Shown: positions 45,284 to 54,209, counted from the first letter of the stretch. The stretch is 59,180 nucleotides of DNA from Candidatus Moraniibacteriota bacterium (GCA_041596615.1 JBFHIG010000007.1:1-59180); one strand, 5' to 3'. The notes: generated by a model from the letters alone, not told the origin. Translations and numbers: made by a program.

Positions 45284-45475
45284 AAAAACAAAAAAACTGA
45301 CCTACTTTGGTCAGCTTTGGACTATTGAGAATTTTTCAGACGTTTATTAGACTTCTATTCTCGACAAACCAAAACTGACCGGTGTAAACCAGAGCATAAA
45401 GAGAATAAACAAATAAGTTGTATTCTTTCCTTGATTCATCAAACTAATAAAACTAATTACGTCTATCTAAACTTC
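45284..45475 (-). promoter_or_regulatory. Leader cassette 2: short ORF + terminator/antiterminator switch upstream of protein C
   Basis: The terminator is CUGACC-aaagua-GGUCAG + U7 (45314-45285). The antiterminator pairs RNA GGUCAGUUUUGG (45380-45369, inside the short ORF) with CCAAAGCUGACC (45320-45309). That gives 12 pairs including one G.U, and it overlaps the 5' arm of the terminator. Confidence 0.5.
45347..45439 (-). CDS. Candidate 30-codon hydrophobic leader peptide (MNQGKNTTYLFILFMLWFTPVSFGLSRIEV)
   Basis: ATG..TAA ORF between a promoter (45482-45510) and an intrinsic terminator. It begins ATGAATC like the ORF at 43238. It could alternatively be a type I toxin-like peptide. Confidence 0.3.
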   Translation of the reverse strand: MNQGKNTTYLFILFMLWFTPVSFGLSRIEV

Positions 45476-45481
45476 ATCACA

Positions 45482-45510
45482 AGATTAACAATACATTGAA
45501 GGTTTGTCAA
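45482..45510 (-). promoter_or_regulatory. Sigma70-type promoter of leader cassette 2
   Basis: Minus strand: TTGACA (45510-05) - 17 nt - TAATCT (45487-82). Confidence 0.5.
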
Positions 45511-45584
45511 GTTGCTTTAACATTTTTAGATAAAATACTAAATCTTGATTCACTAAACATTTAAATATAAAAAGGTATTTTTTT

Positions 45585-45620
45585 GAAAAACTGAGGGCTT
45601 GTAAGATTCACAAACCCTCC
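45585..45620 (-). terminator. Intrinsic terminator downstream of the 66-aa gene
   Basis: Minus strand: GAGGGTTTGT-gaatctt-ACAAGCCCTC (1 mismatch) followed by AGTTTTTC. Confidence 0.6.
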
Positions 45621-45637
45621 TAATAAGCGAAGCTTTC

Positions 45638-45838
45638 TCAGTCTGCTGCCACCTGTTCAAGCAACTGCCTTGCACGTACCTCTTGCCAGTATCGTCTTTT
45701 TTTTGCCTCTTTAAGCTCTTTTTGAGGGACTCTCTGGTCCCCCTTTATACTTCGGCTGGAGCCGGACTTTTGTAGGTGTCCGATTTTTTTTTCTGTATTT
45801 CCGGCAATTATGCCTGCCTTATTCCTCTTTTTGCACAT
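45638..45838 (-). CDS. Small basic 66-aa protein, unknown function (protein D)
   Basis: ORF preceded by GAGGGGGG close to the ATG. Lys/Arg-rich with a predicted C-terminal helix (KELKEAKKRRYWQEVRARQLLEQ). It has its own terminator. Confidence 0.55.
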   Translation of the reverse strand: MCKKRNKAGIIAGNTEKKIGHLQKSGSSRSIKGDQRVPQKELKEAKKRRYWQEVRARQLLEQVAAD

Positions 45839-46124
45839 AAACCCCCCTCAGAAAATTTTCAGGATTTCCCTCTAAAAAACTTCACTTATTTTTTGACCAA
45901 ATTGTAAATTACAATCAAAGCCAAGAATAAAAAACAATTTTCTGCATCCTATTCTTGACCTAGGTCTTTTTTTAAAAAACTCTTTAAAATCAGTTCTCTT
46001 GCAGTACAAAGCTCTTGTTGTCCACAATTATACAATTATGTCAACATTTGTCAATACAATATAACAGCAATTGACATAATCGCTGAAATATACGATAGTT
46101 AAGTTACAAAATATTTCAATACTT

Positions 46125-47072
46125 ATGGACAAAATTTTGCCAAAGAAAATCAAAGTAATAGTAATCCTGGGGCCAACCTCAGCTGGAAAGTCAGATGTGG
46201 CAATTTTTTTAGCGAAAAAATTTGACGGGGAGGTAATTTCAGCAGATTCAAGACAGATATACAAAGATATGAATTTAGGAACTGGCAAAGTCGAAGGGAC
46301 CTGGAAGTTTATAGAAAGAAAATCTGCCGAGAAGGCATTCTATTCTGAAGGGATTGCACATCACTTGCTAGATTTTCGCTCTCCAAAGAATGAATACAAT
46401 ATTTCTCATTTCAAAAAAGATTGCGAGAGAAAAATAAAAGAAATCTCGTCCCGAGGAAAATTGCCAATTATTTGTGGCGGAACTGGATTTTGGATTGATG
46501 CTGTTGTTAATGGTGTTATTTTGCCACAAGTCAAGCCCGATATTGTCTTGCGAGAAAAACTTGAAACTAAAACAACTGAACTCTTGGTCGAAAAACTTGA
46601 AAAATTAGATGGAAATAGGGCTAAACACATCGATCGAAAAAACAGGGTGCGTCTTATCAGAGCCATTGAAATTGCAACAAAACTAGGAAAAGTTCCAAAA
46701 CTAGAAGTTAAGGATAATCCCAGTTTTAAATTTTTAGAAATCGGAATTGACTGGCCACAAGAAAAATTAGATGAAAAAATAAAAAAACGGTTAACCAAGC
46801 GCTGGCAAGCAGGGATGGTTGATGAGGTTCAAAATTTAAAAAATAAATATAATCTCAGTTGGAAAAAAATCCAATCATTTGGTCTTGGTTATTTTTGGAT
46901 TCCTCTTTTTATAAAAAAAGAAATTACAGAAGCTGAACTGGCAGAGCGTGTCTTTATCGCAGAAAGAGGTTATGCAAAAAGACAGAGAACTTGGTTCACT
47001 AGAAACAAAAATATTACCTGGGAAAACAAACAAAGTGAGATAAGTGCCTTTGTAAAAAATTTTTTAGCCTAA
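46125..47072 (+). CDS. miaA: tRNA dimethylallyltransferase
   Basis: 315 aa. P-loop ILGPTSAGKSDVA, ISADSRQIYKDMNLGTGK, RQRTWF. Confidence 0.9.
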   Translation: MDKILPKKIKVIVILGPTSAGKSDVAIFLAKKFDGEVISADSRQIYKDMNLGTGKVEGTWKFIERKSAEKAFYSEGIAHHLLDFRSPKNEYNISHFKKDCERKIKEISSRGKLPIICGGTGFWIDAVVNGVILPQVKPDIVLREKLETKTTELLVEKLEKLDGNRAKHIDRKNRVRLIRAIEIATKLGKVPKLEVKDNPSFKFLEIGIDWPQEKLDEKIKKRLTKRWQAGMVDEVQNLKNKYNLSWKKIQSFGLGYFWIPLFIKKEITEAELAERVFIAERGYAKRQRTWFTRNKNITWENKQSEISAFVKNFLA

Positions 47073-47297
47073 AAAGAAAAACGCTCTCGGGCAAGAGAGC
47101 GCAGTTCTTTAATCTGCTTTTTTACAAGCATTTTGAGTTTTCTAAAGAACTTACAAAGTCGTCATCTTGTATTCGAGTTTATTAGAACTCAATATATAAC
47201 AAAAGACCTTTTCATTATAACAAATAATAGATGAAAAAAAGATAAATTTTTTATGAATTTTTTATGAATTTTTTTATCTTTTATTTCCAATCTACAT

Positions 47298-47342
47298 TAA
47301 AATAAAAAGAAGTGATTCGAGGAAAATTCCTCAAACCACTTC
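47298..47342 (-). terminator. Intrinsic terminator downstream of the zinc-ribbon gene
   Basis: Minus strand: GAAGTG-gttt-GAGG-aatttt-CCTC-gaat-CACTTC followed by TTTTTATTTT. Confidence 0.6.
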
Positions 47343-47370
47343 ACAAAACACTTACATAAAACAAGAACTT

Positions 47371-47568
47371 CTAGTCAATGGGCTTCTTGCACTCCTGGCA
47401 AACGACAGGGATCTCAGGTGGTGTACGATGAGGACAATCCACCAATTCATACCACAAACCTGGCCGCCTAGAAATGGGCTTGCATTGACAACTCCCACAA
47501 CCCCCCTTTTTGTTACCATCTGCTTCTTGCCCTCTTTGATGCATTTTTGTATTCTCCATAAAATTCAT
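47371..47568 (-). CDS. Small Cys-rich zinc-ribbon protein (candidate antitoxin/partner of the upstream DUF4258-like gene)
   Basis: 62-65 aa. GGCGSCQC...C...CQEC pattern. About 50% GC in a hand-counted 60-nt stretch, well above its surroundings. The ATG at 47568 overlaps the upstream stop (ATGA). The ATG at 47559 is better spaced from the GGGAGG SD. Confidence 0.6.
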   Translation of the reverse strand: MNFMENTKMHQRGQEADGNKKGGCGSCQCKPISRRPGLWYELVDCPHRTPPEIPVVCQECKKPID

Positions 47569-47906
47569 CCTCCCTTGGCTTGATGTTTATAGACCTCTTC
47601 CCAGACCTCTTCTGGAACAAAAATTTCTTTATTCCTAGGACTTTCTCCAGGGAAAATCCAGGTGGAAATTATTTTCTTCTTGCCTTTTTCGAATTGATAC
47701 ATTACCCACGTTTCTTTGGTACTAGATTTTCCTACCTTACGCCTCATGGATGCTACTGTATTTTCAGCAATCCCTTCTTCTTTTCTGTCGGGGAAGCGTA
47801 TAACTCTTTTGACCATATTGGTGCCAATCGAATATTGAATCATCTTTCTTTTCGAGTGACTCGTCCAGTAATAGTTTCTATCATTCTTCGGGAATTTAAA
47901 CTCCAT
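47565..47906 (-). CDS. DUF4258-like small protein (putative toxin of a type II TA-like pair)
   Basis: MEFKFPKNDRNYYWTSHSKRKMIQYSIGTNMVKRVIRFPDRKEEGI..ETWVMYQFEKGKKKIISTWIF. The pattern SxHxxxRMxxxxI-x4-V-xxVI-xxPD...V-Y...IIT-W resembles DUF4258. The track ORF start (TTG at 47945) overlaps the DUF192 gene; the ATG at 47906 is preferred. Confidence 0.55.
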   Translation of the reverse strand: MEFKFPKNDRNYYWTSHSKRKMIQYSIGTNMVKRVIRFPDRKEEGIAENTVASMRRKVGKSSTKETWVMYQFEKGKKKIISTWIFPGESPRNKEIFVPEEVWEEVYKHQAKGG

Positions 47907-47928
47907 TTGCTTAGTTTTATTTTTAAAA

Positions 47929-48405
47929 CTACTTACCCAGATCAACTAAATCCCCTACTTTAACATCATTTTTCCGAACCCAATCAGCATTAACTTCAAG
48001 CACTTTATCATATTCAGCTCCGCCTTTTATTGTCCCAGTATACCGATAGGAAACACTTTTAGCAATATCAACAATCCTGTCATCGTTAATAAAAATAAAA
48101 TCTAAATCGAACTTCATCTCTCTCATAGAATAAATATACTCACCCGGAAATTCATGGACAAAAAGCATGCCTTCATTATCTCTCATAACATCAACACCAC
48201 CTAAACCCCTAAACCTCAGCTCTTCGGTTGAAACAACTTTCACTAAAAGTTTTTTTTTATTAATTCTAATTTTCTTATTTTGGATAGTTTCGTTTGCTAA
48301 AATTTCCTTACTATCAAAATTACTCGTGCTTTTTTGAATCACAAGTAAAAACAATCCGATTATAACAAATGTTAAAAAAATATAATCTCTAATTTTTAGC
48401 TTCAT
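47929..48405 (-). CDS. DUF192 domain protein
   Basis: 158 aa. N-terminal TM, then RFRGLGGV..EGMLFVH..YSMREMKFDLDFIFIN typical of DUF192/COG1430. Confidence 0.7.
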   Translation of the reverse strand: MKLKIRDYIFLTFVIIGLFLLVIQKSTSNFDSKEILANETIQNKKIRINKKKLLVKVVSTEELRFRGLGGVDVMRDNEGMLFVHEFPGEYIYSMREMKFDLDFIFINDDRIVDIAKSVSYRYTGTIKGGAEYDKVLEVNADWVRKNDVKVGDLVDLGK

Positions 48406-49412
48406 TCCTTATTATTAGCCAAATTAATGGAAATCTTTCTGATAAAAAATATTAAAAAAAGAATTTCACTTAGCATAATTCCAAACTTCCAATTCCTTGA
48501 TTCCATCAAAAAAGATAGTCCTAATGTTACTGAAATAAATACAAAATAATAAAAGATTATCTTTTTATCTGACCACCCGGAATCTCTTAACTTATAGTGC
48601 AAATGCCTTTTATCTTTTTTTGTGATTGGAGATTGATTATGCCACCTTTCAATTACGACCCAAATAAAATCAACCAGGGGAATGGTGAGTACAATTAACA
48701 CTGTTGCGACCTTGGTGCCAGCCATAATTGCCGTAGTAGCCAGAAAAAATCCGATAGCATAGCTTCCACTCGTTCCAGCTTCAATTTCTCCTTTAGGAAA
48801 ATTATTCCACCAAAAACCTAGTATCGATGCTATAAATATAATTGCCAAAATAGCAATTGCTGGCTGATTAACATCTCGCGTCAAACTAATCAAAAAAAGG
48901 GCAAGCCCCCCAAGCATCCCTACCCCACCAGAAAGACCGTTAATTCCATCAGCCCAATTCACTGAATTAATAATAGCCAAAAACCAAAACAAAATAAAGA
49001 AAAAACTAAAAACCTCGAGGTTAAAACTTCCAATTACAAGAGATATTGCATCCATTCTAAAAACTTTTTCAAAAGGACCAACAAAATAATCCACCGAAAA
49101 AGAAAATAGTGTTGTTAAAAAAAGAACTAACCCTATTTGAAATAACAGTTGATATTTCCACGACAAATCTATTATATCATCCAATATGCCAAAAATTAAA
49201 ATTGCCATTAACCCAAAGATTAAACCTTTAATTGCCAGGGTGTATTCAATTTCAGAGCTAACTAGCACGATTATCAGTAAAGGCAAAATAATGGCAACTC
49301 CTCCGAATCTTTTAATGAAATTTCTTTTTATTTTGTTTTGAAGAATTCTGATTAAAAAAGCTAAGGCCGTACTAATTAAGAGCGTCCCTAAAAAATATAT
49401 GCTCCAGCTCAT
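48402..49412 (-). CDS. Polyprenyl-phosphate sugar-1-phosphate transferase (MraY/WecA family, GT4)
   Basis: 336 aa, polytopic. NSVNWADGINGLSGG motif. There is a 4-nt overlap with the downstream DUF192 gene. Confidence 0.8.
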   Translation of the reverse strand: MSWSIYFLGTLLISTALAFLIRILQNKIKRNFIKRFGGVAIILPLLIIVLVSSEIEYTLAIKGLIFGLMAILIFGILDDIIDLSWKYQLLFQIGLVLFLTTLFSFSVDYFVGPFEKVFRMDAISLVIGSFNLEVFSFFFILFWFLAIINSVNWADGINGLSGGVGMLGGLALFLISLTRDVNQPAIAILAIIFIASILGFWWNNFPKGEIEAGTSGSYAIGFFLATTAIMAGTKVATVLIVLTIPLVDFIWVVIERWHNQSPITKKDKRHLHYKLRDSGWSDKKIIFYYFVFISVTLGLSFLMESRNWKFGIMLSEILFLIFFIRKISINLANNKE

Positions 49413-49431
49413 CTTTCTTAAAATTAAACTT

Positions 49432-51174
49432 TTATTTTCCCTTTTCTTCTTTTTTGTCTCTCTTGATAATCTTTTCTGTTACCCAAAACTCTCCCATATA
49501 CTTTCCAAGCATAATCTTAGTTTGTGCGTGAACTGCTGGTGCCGCACCTAAAAAGGGCGCAATAACTGGCGCCAAAAACCATTGGAAAAACATATTAGCA
49601 TAGCGCTTCCTTGAATATCTCGCCGGTTTTGGAGGCATCAAAAGAAAACTCAAAAACATAGAAACGATCAAACCAGACATGGCTAAGGTCATTAAATACC
49701 TAGTTATATATGGCAGATTATGTGCCAAGGTTGTCTCACTAAACCTTTCTCCTCCGAAAATCAAAGGCAACCAACCCAAAATAGCAAGAACAAAAGAAGC
49801 TGTTGCCCAACTGTGATGACCTTCTATCATCGTAAACATATGCTTAAATTTCTTGCTGAGTTTGATTTTTTTATTTCGCATAAAAGCACGACCCAAGAGT
49901 GGCAGATTTTCAATCCCATATGCCCAACGATGTTTTTGTTTGTACTGGTTTTTAATTGTATGCCAATAGTCGTTTCCAAGAACAGCATCTAAAGAAACGG
50001 GTAAATAAATTGGTTTAACTTGATAATCACCGTCAAAATAATCATAAGCCTTCCAATAAATCACTGAGTCTTCTGAAATAACATTGACTGGCCAATAATC
50101 AACATCGACGATTGTCTTAAATGCCTCTGAATGAGAGGAAAATGTCACCATATGATCAGGCCTCATTGATTCAACCATATGCCAGAAAGAGGATCCTGTC
50201 ACAATAATCCTAACTGGAGCGATAGTATCCCAAAGATTGTTGTGATACATTGGCAGAGGTTGGTAAGCAAAATTCAACCTCCGCGGCTCAGTTACATACG
50301 CGTATGTTAAAGCTGCTAAATATTCGGGATGTATTTGCGTATCACAATCAAAATTAGATAAGATCACATTCTCTAGAGGGATATTTTTATCTTCCAAATA
50401 TTTTTTTAATTTCTTTGCCGCATATGTCGTATTTGCAGCTTTACATTTCATCTCATTTCCTTTAACTTCATGCACTGTGATGATAAAATCCATAAAAGTA
50501 TCTTTGTACTTATCTAGTAGAATTTCTTTCTTAGCCTCCCTCTTGGCTAAGTCTTCTCTCTCTTCCATTGCAAGAAGAATGATGATTTTATCAGTTGGGT
50601 AGTTGGATTTTTTTACGGCCTCAATTGCTGGAGCAATAATTCCAGCCTCTTCATTGGCAGTTGGAAGCATAATAACATGATATACTTCTTCCCATGGCAA
50701 AAATTGATCTCTATTTTTCAAATCACATTTAGCCCTTATAAGGAAATTACTGCGCTCAAGAATCCTTTGCTTCAATTCTTTTCTCTCTTTTCTTGAAATA
50801 CCCTTCAGCTTAATCTTTTCTTTCAATTCCTTGATTTGATCTTTCAATTCATCGATTAATGCTTCCCCTTTAAAAATGGTCTCCAGTCTATGAAACCAAT
50901 TAATTTTCTTCCAACGCTTCAATTTTCTATAGGCCATAATCGAATAAATCGCAATATAAATTGTTCTATAAATCCAATAGATATCAAAGATAATAATAAA
51001 AATTGCAACCCAAACTGGAACTATCCAAGAAAAAACAAACATTCCCAACAAAGTAAACCAGCAAAGAAAACCGGGCAAAATTTCAAAAAAACGTTGCCTG
51101 CGCCTTTCTTCTTGGTCAGTAGTTTTTGGGTCAGGATATGACCAATTTTTTTTATAAACTTCACTCATAAACAA
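49432..51174 (-). CDS. Membrane-integrated family 2 glycosyltransferase, processive synthase-like (QxxRW)
   Basis: 580 aa. TMs at both ends. ILLAMEERED, NFDCDTQ (DxD), QKHRWAYG (QxxRW). Confidence 0.75.
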   Translation of the reverse strand: MFMSEVYKKNWSYPDPKTTDQEERRRQRFFEILPGFLCWFTLLGMFVFSWIVPVWVAIFIIIFDIYWIYRTIYIAIYSIMAYRKLKRWKKINWFHRLETIFKGEALIDELKDQIKELKEKIKLKGISRKERKELKQRILERSNFLIRAKCDLKNRDQFLPWEEVYHVIMLPTANEEAGIIAPAIEAVKKSNYPTDKIIILLAMEEREDLAKREAKKEILLDKYKDTFMDFIITVHEVKGNEMKCKAANTTYAAKKLKKYLEDKNIPLENVILSNFDCDTQIHPEYLAALTYAYVTEPRRLNFAYQPLPMYHNNLWDTIAPVRIIVTGSSFWHMVESMRPDHMVTFSSHSEAFKTIVDVDYWPVNVISEDSVIYWKAYDYFDGDYQVKPIYLPVSLDAVLGNDYWHTIKNQYKQKHRWAYGIENLPLLGRAFMRNKKIKLSKKFKHMFTMIEGHHSWATASFVLAILGWLPLIFGGERFSETTLAHNLPYITRYLMTLAMSGLIVSMFLSFLLMPPKPARYSRKRYANMFFQWFLAPVIAPFLGAAPAVHAQTKIMLGKYMGEFWVTEKIIKRDKKEEKGK

Positions 51175-51176
51175 AA

Positions 51177-51647
51177 TTAATTAACAAATAATATTGCAAT
51201 TGCATATATAAATATAGACACTTGCGTTAAAAAACCTCCTACTAAAATCAAATTACTTCCTAACAAATTTACATCTAAAACTTTTTTCTCTTTACGCTTT
51301 CCAGTACCAAGTCTATCAGTAGAACTTACTAGATGCAAAAGAATTCCTGCCAAAAAAATATCGAGAATTAAGACAATTACACCTCCCAGTGGTACTAGGA
51401 ACAAATCAGGATAAAATCCTTCACCCGTGTTCAACATCACATCTATCCCAAGGTATGCATTATAATGAAGAATGATAATTTCCTGATTAAGCTTTGTGAG
51501 TTGCCATAAAATAATCCAGGACACCGCATTAAATATCATTCCTCCATAAATAAAAAAAATGGAAAAATTTCTACGCCAAAATAAACTAAGAAAAATATCC
51601 TTACAATCGTCTTTTATAGCCCCTATTTTATAAAAAAAATTCTTCAT
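51177..51647 (-). CDS. Membrane protein, unknown function
   Basis: 156 aa with 4 predicted TM segments, 2 nt downstream of the GT2 gene. Confidence 0.5.
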   Translation of the reverse strand: MKNFFYKIGAIKDDCKDIFLSLFWRRNFSIFFIYGGMIFNAVSWIILWQLTKLNQEIIILHYNAYLGIDVMLNTGEGFYPDLFLVPLGGVIVLILDIFLAGILLHLVSSTDRLGTGKRKEKKVLDVNLLGSNLILVGGFLTQVSIFIYAIAILFVN

Positions 51648-51674
51648 TAAAATTTATTTGTCGATATAAAGCCT

Positions 51675-52298
51675 CTATGATTTTTTGTTACGCTTCATCT
51701 GAAGAACTTCTTTTTGCATATTGTTAAGAATAATCTCGTGCGGTGCTTCCAAAAGTTCTGTAATAAATTTATCAAACATATTAACTCTATATTTAAATTC
51801 AGAAGTACTCATCAAAGAGTAATTAATCTCTCTTCCCATTTCTGCCTCCAAGTCTTCCAGTAGATGTTTTAATTTTGCTTTTGAAATTAAATCTCCCACA
51901 ACCAAGAGATCTGTTTTAGATTTTGAGTTATCAACAAATACCCCAGAGATTAAGCTTAGTTGAACCTCACCCAAACTTTGAATCTTACCTAAACTTTCAC
52001 ATTGAGGATAGAGATTTGACTTAATAACAACGGTTTTTAATTCATGTACAAAAGAAAATTTCTTGTTTAGAAAATAAAGCTTCTTAGATTCTTTACCTTC
52101 TTTATTTTGAGTACTCAAAAAACCAGCCTTAACCAATTGAGCTAAAATACCAGCAATCTTTCTACCGTCAACTTTATTTCTAAGAGCCACTTCACTATTT
52201 GTGAATTTCTCTTCGGAATTAAGCAAGAACATCTTAATCAAGCGCCATCTCTCCCTTGAACCGAACAGAGCTTCTAGTGAATTTTTCATCGTAACCAT
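51675..52298 (-). CDS. Hypothetical protein with N-terminal winged-helix-like segment
   Basis: 207 aa. LFGSRERWRLIKMFLLNSEEKFTNSEVALRN..IAGILAQLVKAGFL resembles ArsR/MarR-type wHTH. The remainder is unassigned. Confidence 0.45.
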   Translation of the reverse strand: MVTMKNSLEALFGSRERWRLIKMFLLNSEEKFTNSEVALRNKVDGRKIAGILAQLVKAGFLSTQNKEGKESKKLYFLNKKFSFVHELKTVVIKSNLYPQCESLGKIQSLGEVQLSLISGVFVDNSKSKTDLLVVGDLISKAKLKHLLEDLEAEMGREINYSLMSTSEFKYRVNMFDKFITELLEAPHEIILNNMQKEVLQMKRNKKS

Positions 52299-52356
52299 TG
52301 TGTCAATAAATAATTTATATCATATCATTAAAACATTTAAAACACCCTCTTGTCAA

Positions 52357-52737
52357 TTAAAAGCGAATATATTTAATATGTTTGATGTGCGTCTTTTCTC
52401 TACATGAGTCAATGATAACCGAAATTGCATCGATTCTCCAATCAACATCCCATTTTTTCTCTTTAGACAAAAACCAGTTTACTGCCTTATTTATACGTAA
52501 TATTTTCTGTTTTGTAATATTTTCTTCCGGAAAAACAGAGTTTTTAGCACCTCTTCTTGTCTTGACTTCAACAAAAACGAGCTGCTCATTTTTCAAATCC
52601 TTTGCGATAATATCTATTTCACCTACGCAATATCCTTTTGTATTAAAATAATTCAGTGCGATAATTTCAAATCCTTGAGCAATTAGATAATTAGCGGCAA
52701 TTTTTTCGCCTATCTCCCCGATACCACTACTTTTCAT
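52357..52737 (-). CDS. YraN family (UPF0102) endonuclease-like protein
   Basis: 126 aa. GEKIAANYLIAQGFEIIALNY..GEIDIIAKD..LVFVEVKTR. Confidence 0.8.
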   Translation of the reverse strand: MKSSGIGEIGEKIAANYLIAQGFEIIALNYFNTKGYCVGEIDIIAKDLKNEQLVFVEVKTRRGAKNSVFPEENITKQKILRINKAVNWFLSKEKKWDVDWRIDAISVIIDSCREKTHIKHIKYIRF

Positions 52738-52772
52738 CTAATTTGATTTTGAAAAATTAAAAATAGGCTAGA

Positions 52773-54209
52773 TTATTTCAATTCCATCGCTAATGCAATA
52801 TTTAACAATTCTTGTTCATTCCACCACTTAGTAATCAATTGTAGTCCCACTGGCAATTTTTTTCCTCCTCTTTCAACAATTCCAGCCGGAATTGAAATTG
52901 CTGGAACCATAGCAACATTAGCGGAAACAGTGTAAACATCCTCTAGATACATAGCCAAGGGATCCTCTGCTCTTTCTCCGATTTTAAAAGCTACATCAGG
53001 AGAAGTTGGTGTTAAGATTATATCTACCTTCTCAAAAGCCTCATTCATTTCACGCTTAATCATCTCCCTTACTTGTTGAGCCTTCTTATAGAAAGCGTCG
53101 TAATAACCAGCACTTAAAGCATACGTCCCAAGAATAATTCGCCTTTTTACCTCTGCTCCAAAACCTGCTTCCCTTGAGTTTCTGTAAATATCTAAAATAG
53201 TTTTACTGCCCGAACCGTTTTCAATTGCGTCACAAAAACCAAATCTCATACCGTCTAATCTTGCCATATTAGAGCTAACTTCCGATGGCACCATTAAATA
53301 ATAAACTGACATGGAATGTTTTAAATGGGGTAATTCAATTTCTAAAATTTCAGCACCTTGCTGTTTTGCAAACTCAATCCTCTTCTCAATAACCTCTCTA
53401 ACTTCCTTGTTCAAACCCTTTGAAAACATTTCTTTTACAATACCAATTCTTTTACCTTTAAGCTCTGGCTTAAGGTTTGCAAAAAAGCTTCCCTCACCTT
53501 TTTTTGCCGTGGTGTTATCTTTTTCGTCTTTACCTACAATTGCATCGAAAACAATCGCGGCATCTTCAACGGTCTTTGTTATTGGTCCGATTTGATCATA
53601 GCTGGAGGCCATAGCAATTAATCCATAACGAGAGACCCTTCCATATGTTGGCTTAAATCCAACGGTTCCGCAAAAAGAAGACGGCTGACGAATTGAACCA
53701 CCTGTATCAGAACCTAGGGCCCAAACGGCCATATCAGCCGCTACTGCAGCAGTTGAACCACCAGAAGATCCTCCAGCAACTCTGGTTTCATCATGTGGAT
53801 TTTTCGTCACCCCAAAAGCAGAATTTTCAGTTGAAGCCCCCATAGCAAACTCATCTAGATTTGCTCTGCCCAACAAAACCATTTTTTCTTTTTTTAATTT
53901 TTCAACAACAGTTGCATCATATGGCGCAACATAATTCTCCAACATCTTAGAAGCAGAAGATGTTATTTTACCCTCTACGCACATATTATCCTTCAAAGCA
54001 CCAGGTATTCCAGCCAGCATCCCTATTTTCTTTCCACTTCTAACCTCCTCATCGACTCTTTTAGCTTCTATTAATGCACCTTCTTTATATATTTCCAAAA
54101 AAGCATTGATACTCTCATTTTTTTGGTCTATCGTTTTTATGTATTGTTTTGTTAATTCAAAAGAAGTCACTTCCCCACTTTGAATTTTTTCATGAAGTTC
54201 TTTTATCAT
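52773..54209 (-). CDS. gatA: Glu-tRNA(Gln)/Asp-tRNA(Asn) amidotransferase subunit A
   Basis: 478 aa. Amidase signature GGSSGGSTAAVAA..GSDTGGSIRQPSSFCG. Confidence 0.93.
   Translation of the reverse strand: MIKELHEKIQSGEVTSFELTKQYIKTIDQKNESINAFLEIYKEGALIEAKRVDEEVRSGKKIGMLAGIPGALKDNMCVEGKITSSASKMLENYVAPYDATVVEKLKKEKMVLLGRANLDEFAMGASTENSAFGVTKNPHDETRVAGGSSGGSTAAVAADMAVWALGSDTGGSIRQPSSFCGTVGFKPTYGRVSRYGLIAMASSYDQIGPITKTVEDAAIVFDAIVGKDEKDNTTAKKGEGSFFANLKPELKGKRIGIVKEMFSKGLNKEVREVIEKRIEFAKQQGAEILEIELPHLKHSMSVYYLMVPSEVSSNMARLDGMRFGFCDAIENGSGSKTILDIYRNSREAGFGAEVKRRIILGTYALSAGYYDAFYKKAQQVREMIKREMNEAFEKVDIILTPTSPDVAFKIGERAEDPLAMYLEDVYTVSANVAMVPAISIPAGIVERGGKKLPVGLQLITKWWNEQELLNIALAMELK

Noticed and set aside
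43143-45862. Shared operator motif TCWGAAAAWTTC in the three spacers of the orphan block (43143-43157, 45327-45342, 45848-45862).
   Set aside because: The motif is short and AT-rich. Near-identical words such as TCTGAAAAAC and TTGAAAATTC occur in unrelated coding and spacer DNA elsewhere in the window, so chance cannot be excluded.
40220-45900. tRNA-Pro as the integration site of a genomic island comprising the orphan-gene block.
   Set aside because: The tRNA 3' end faces away from the block, toward lower coordinates. An ordinary-looking M20 peptidase gene intervenes. I found no direct repeat of the tRNA 3' half and no integrase. Hand-counted GC of the 490-aa gene (~37-38%) is similar to housekeeping genes.
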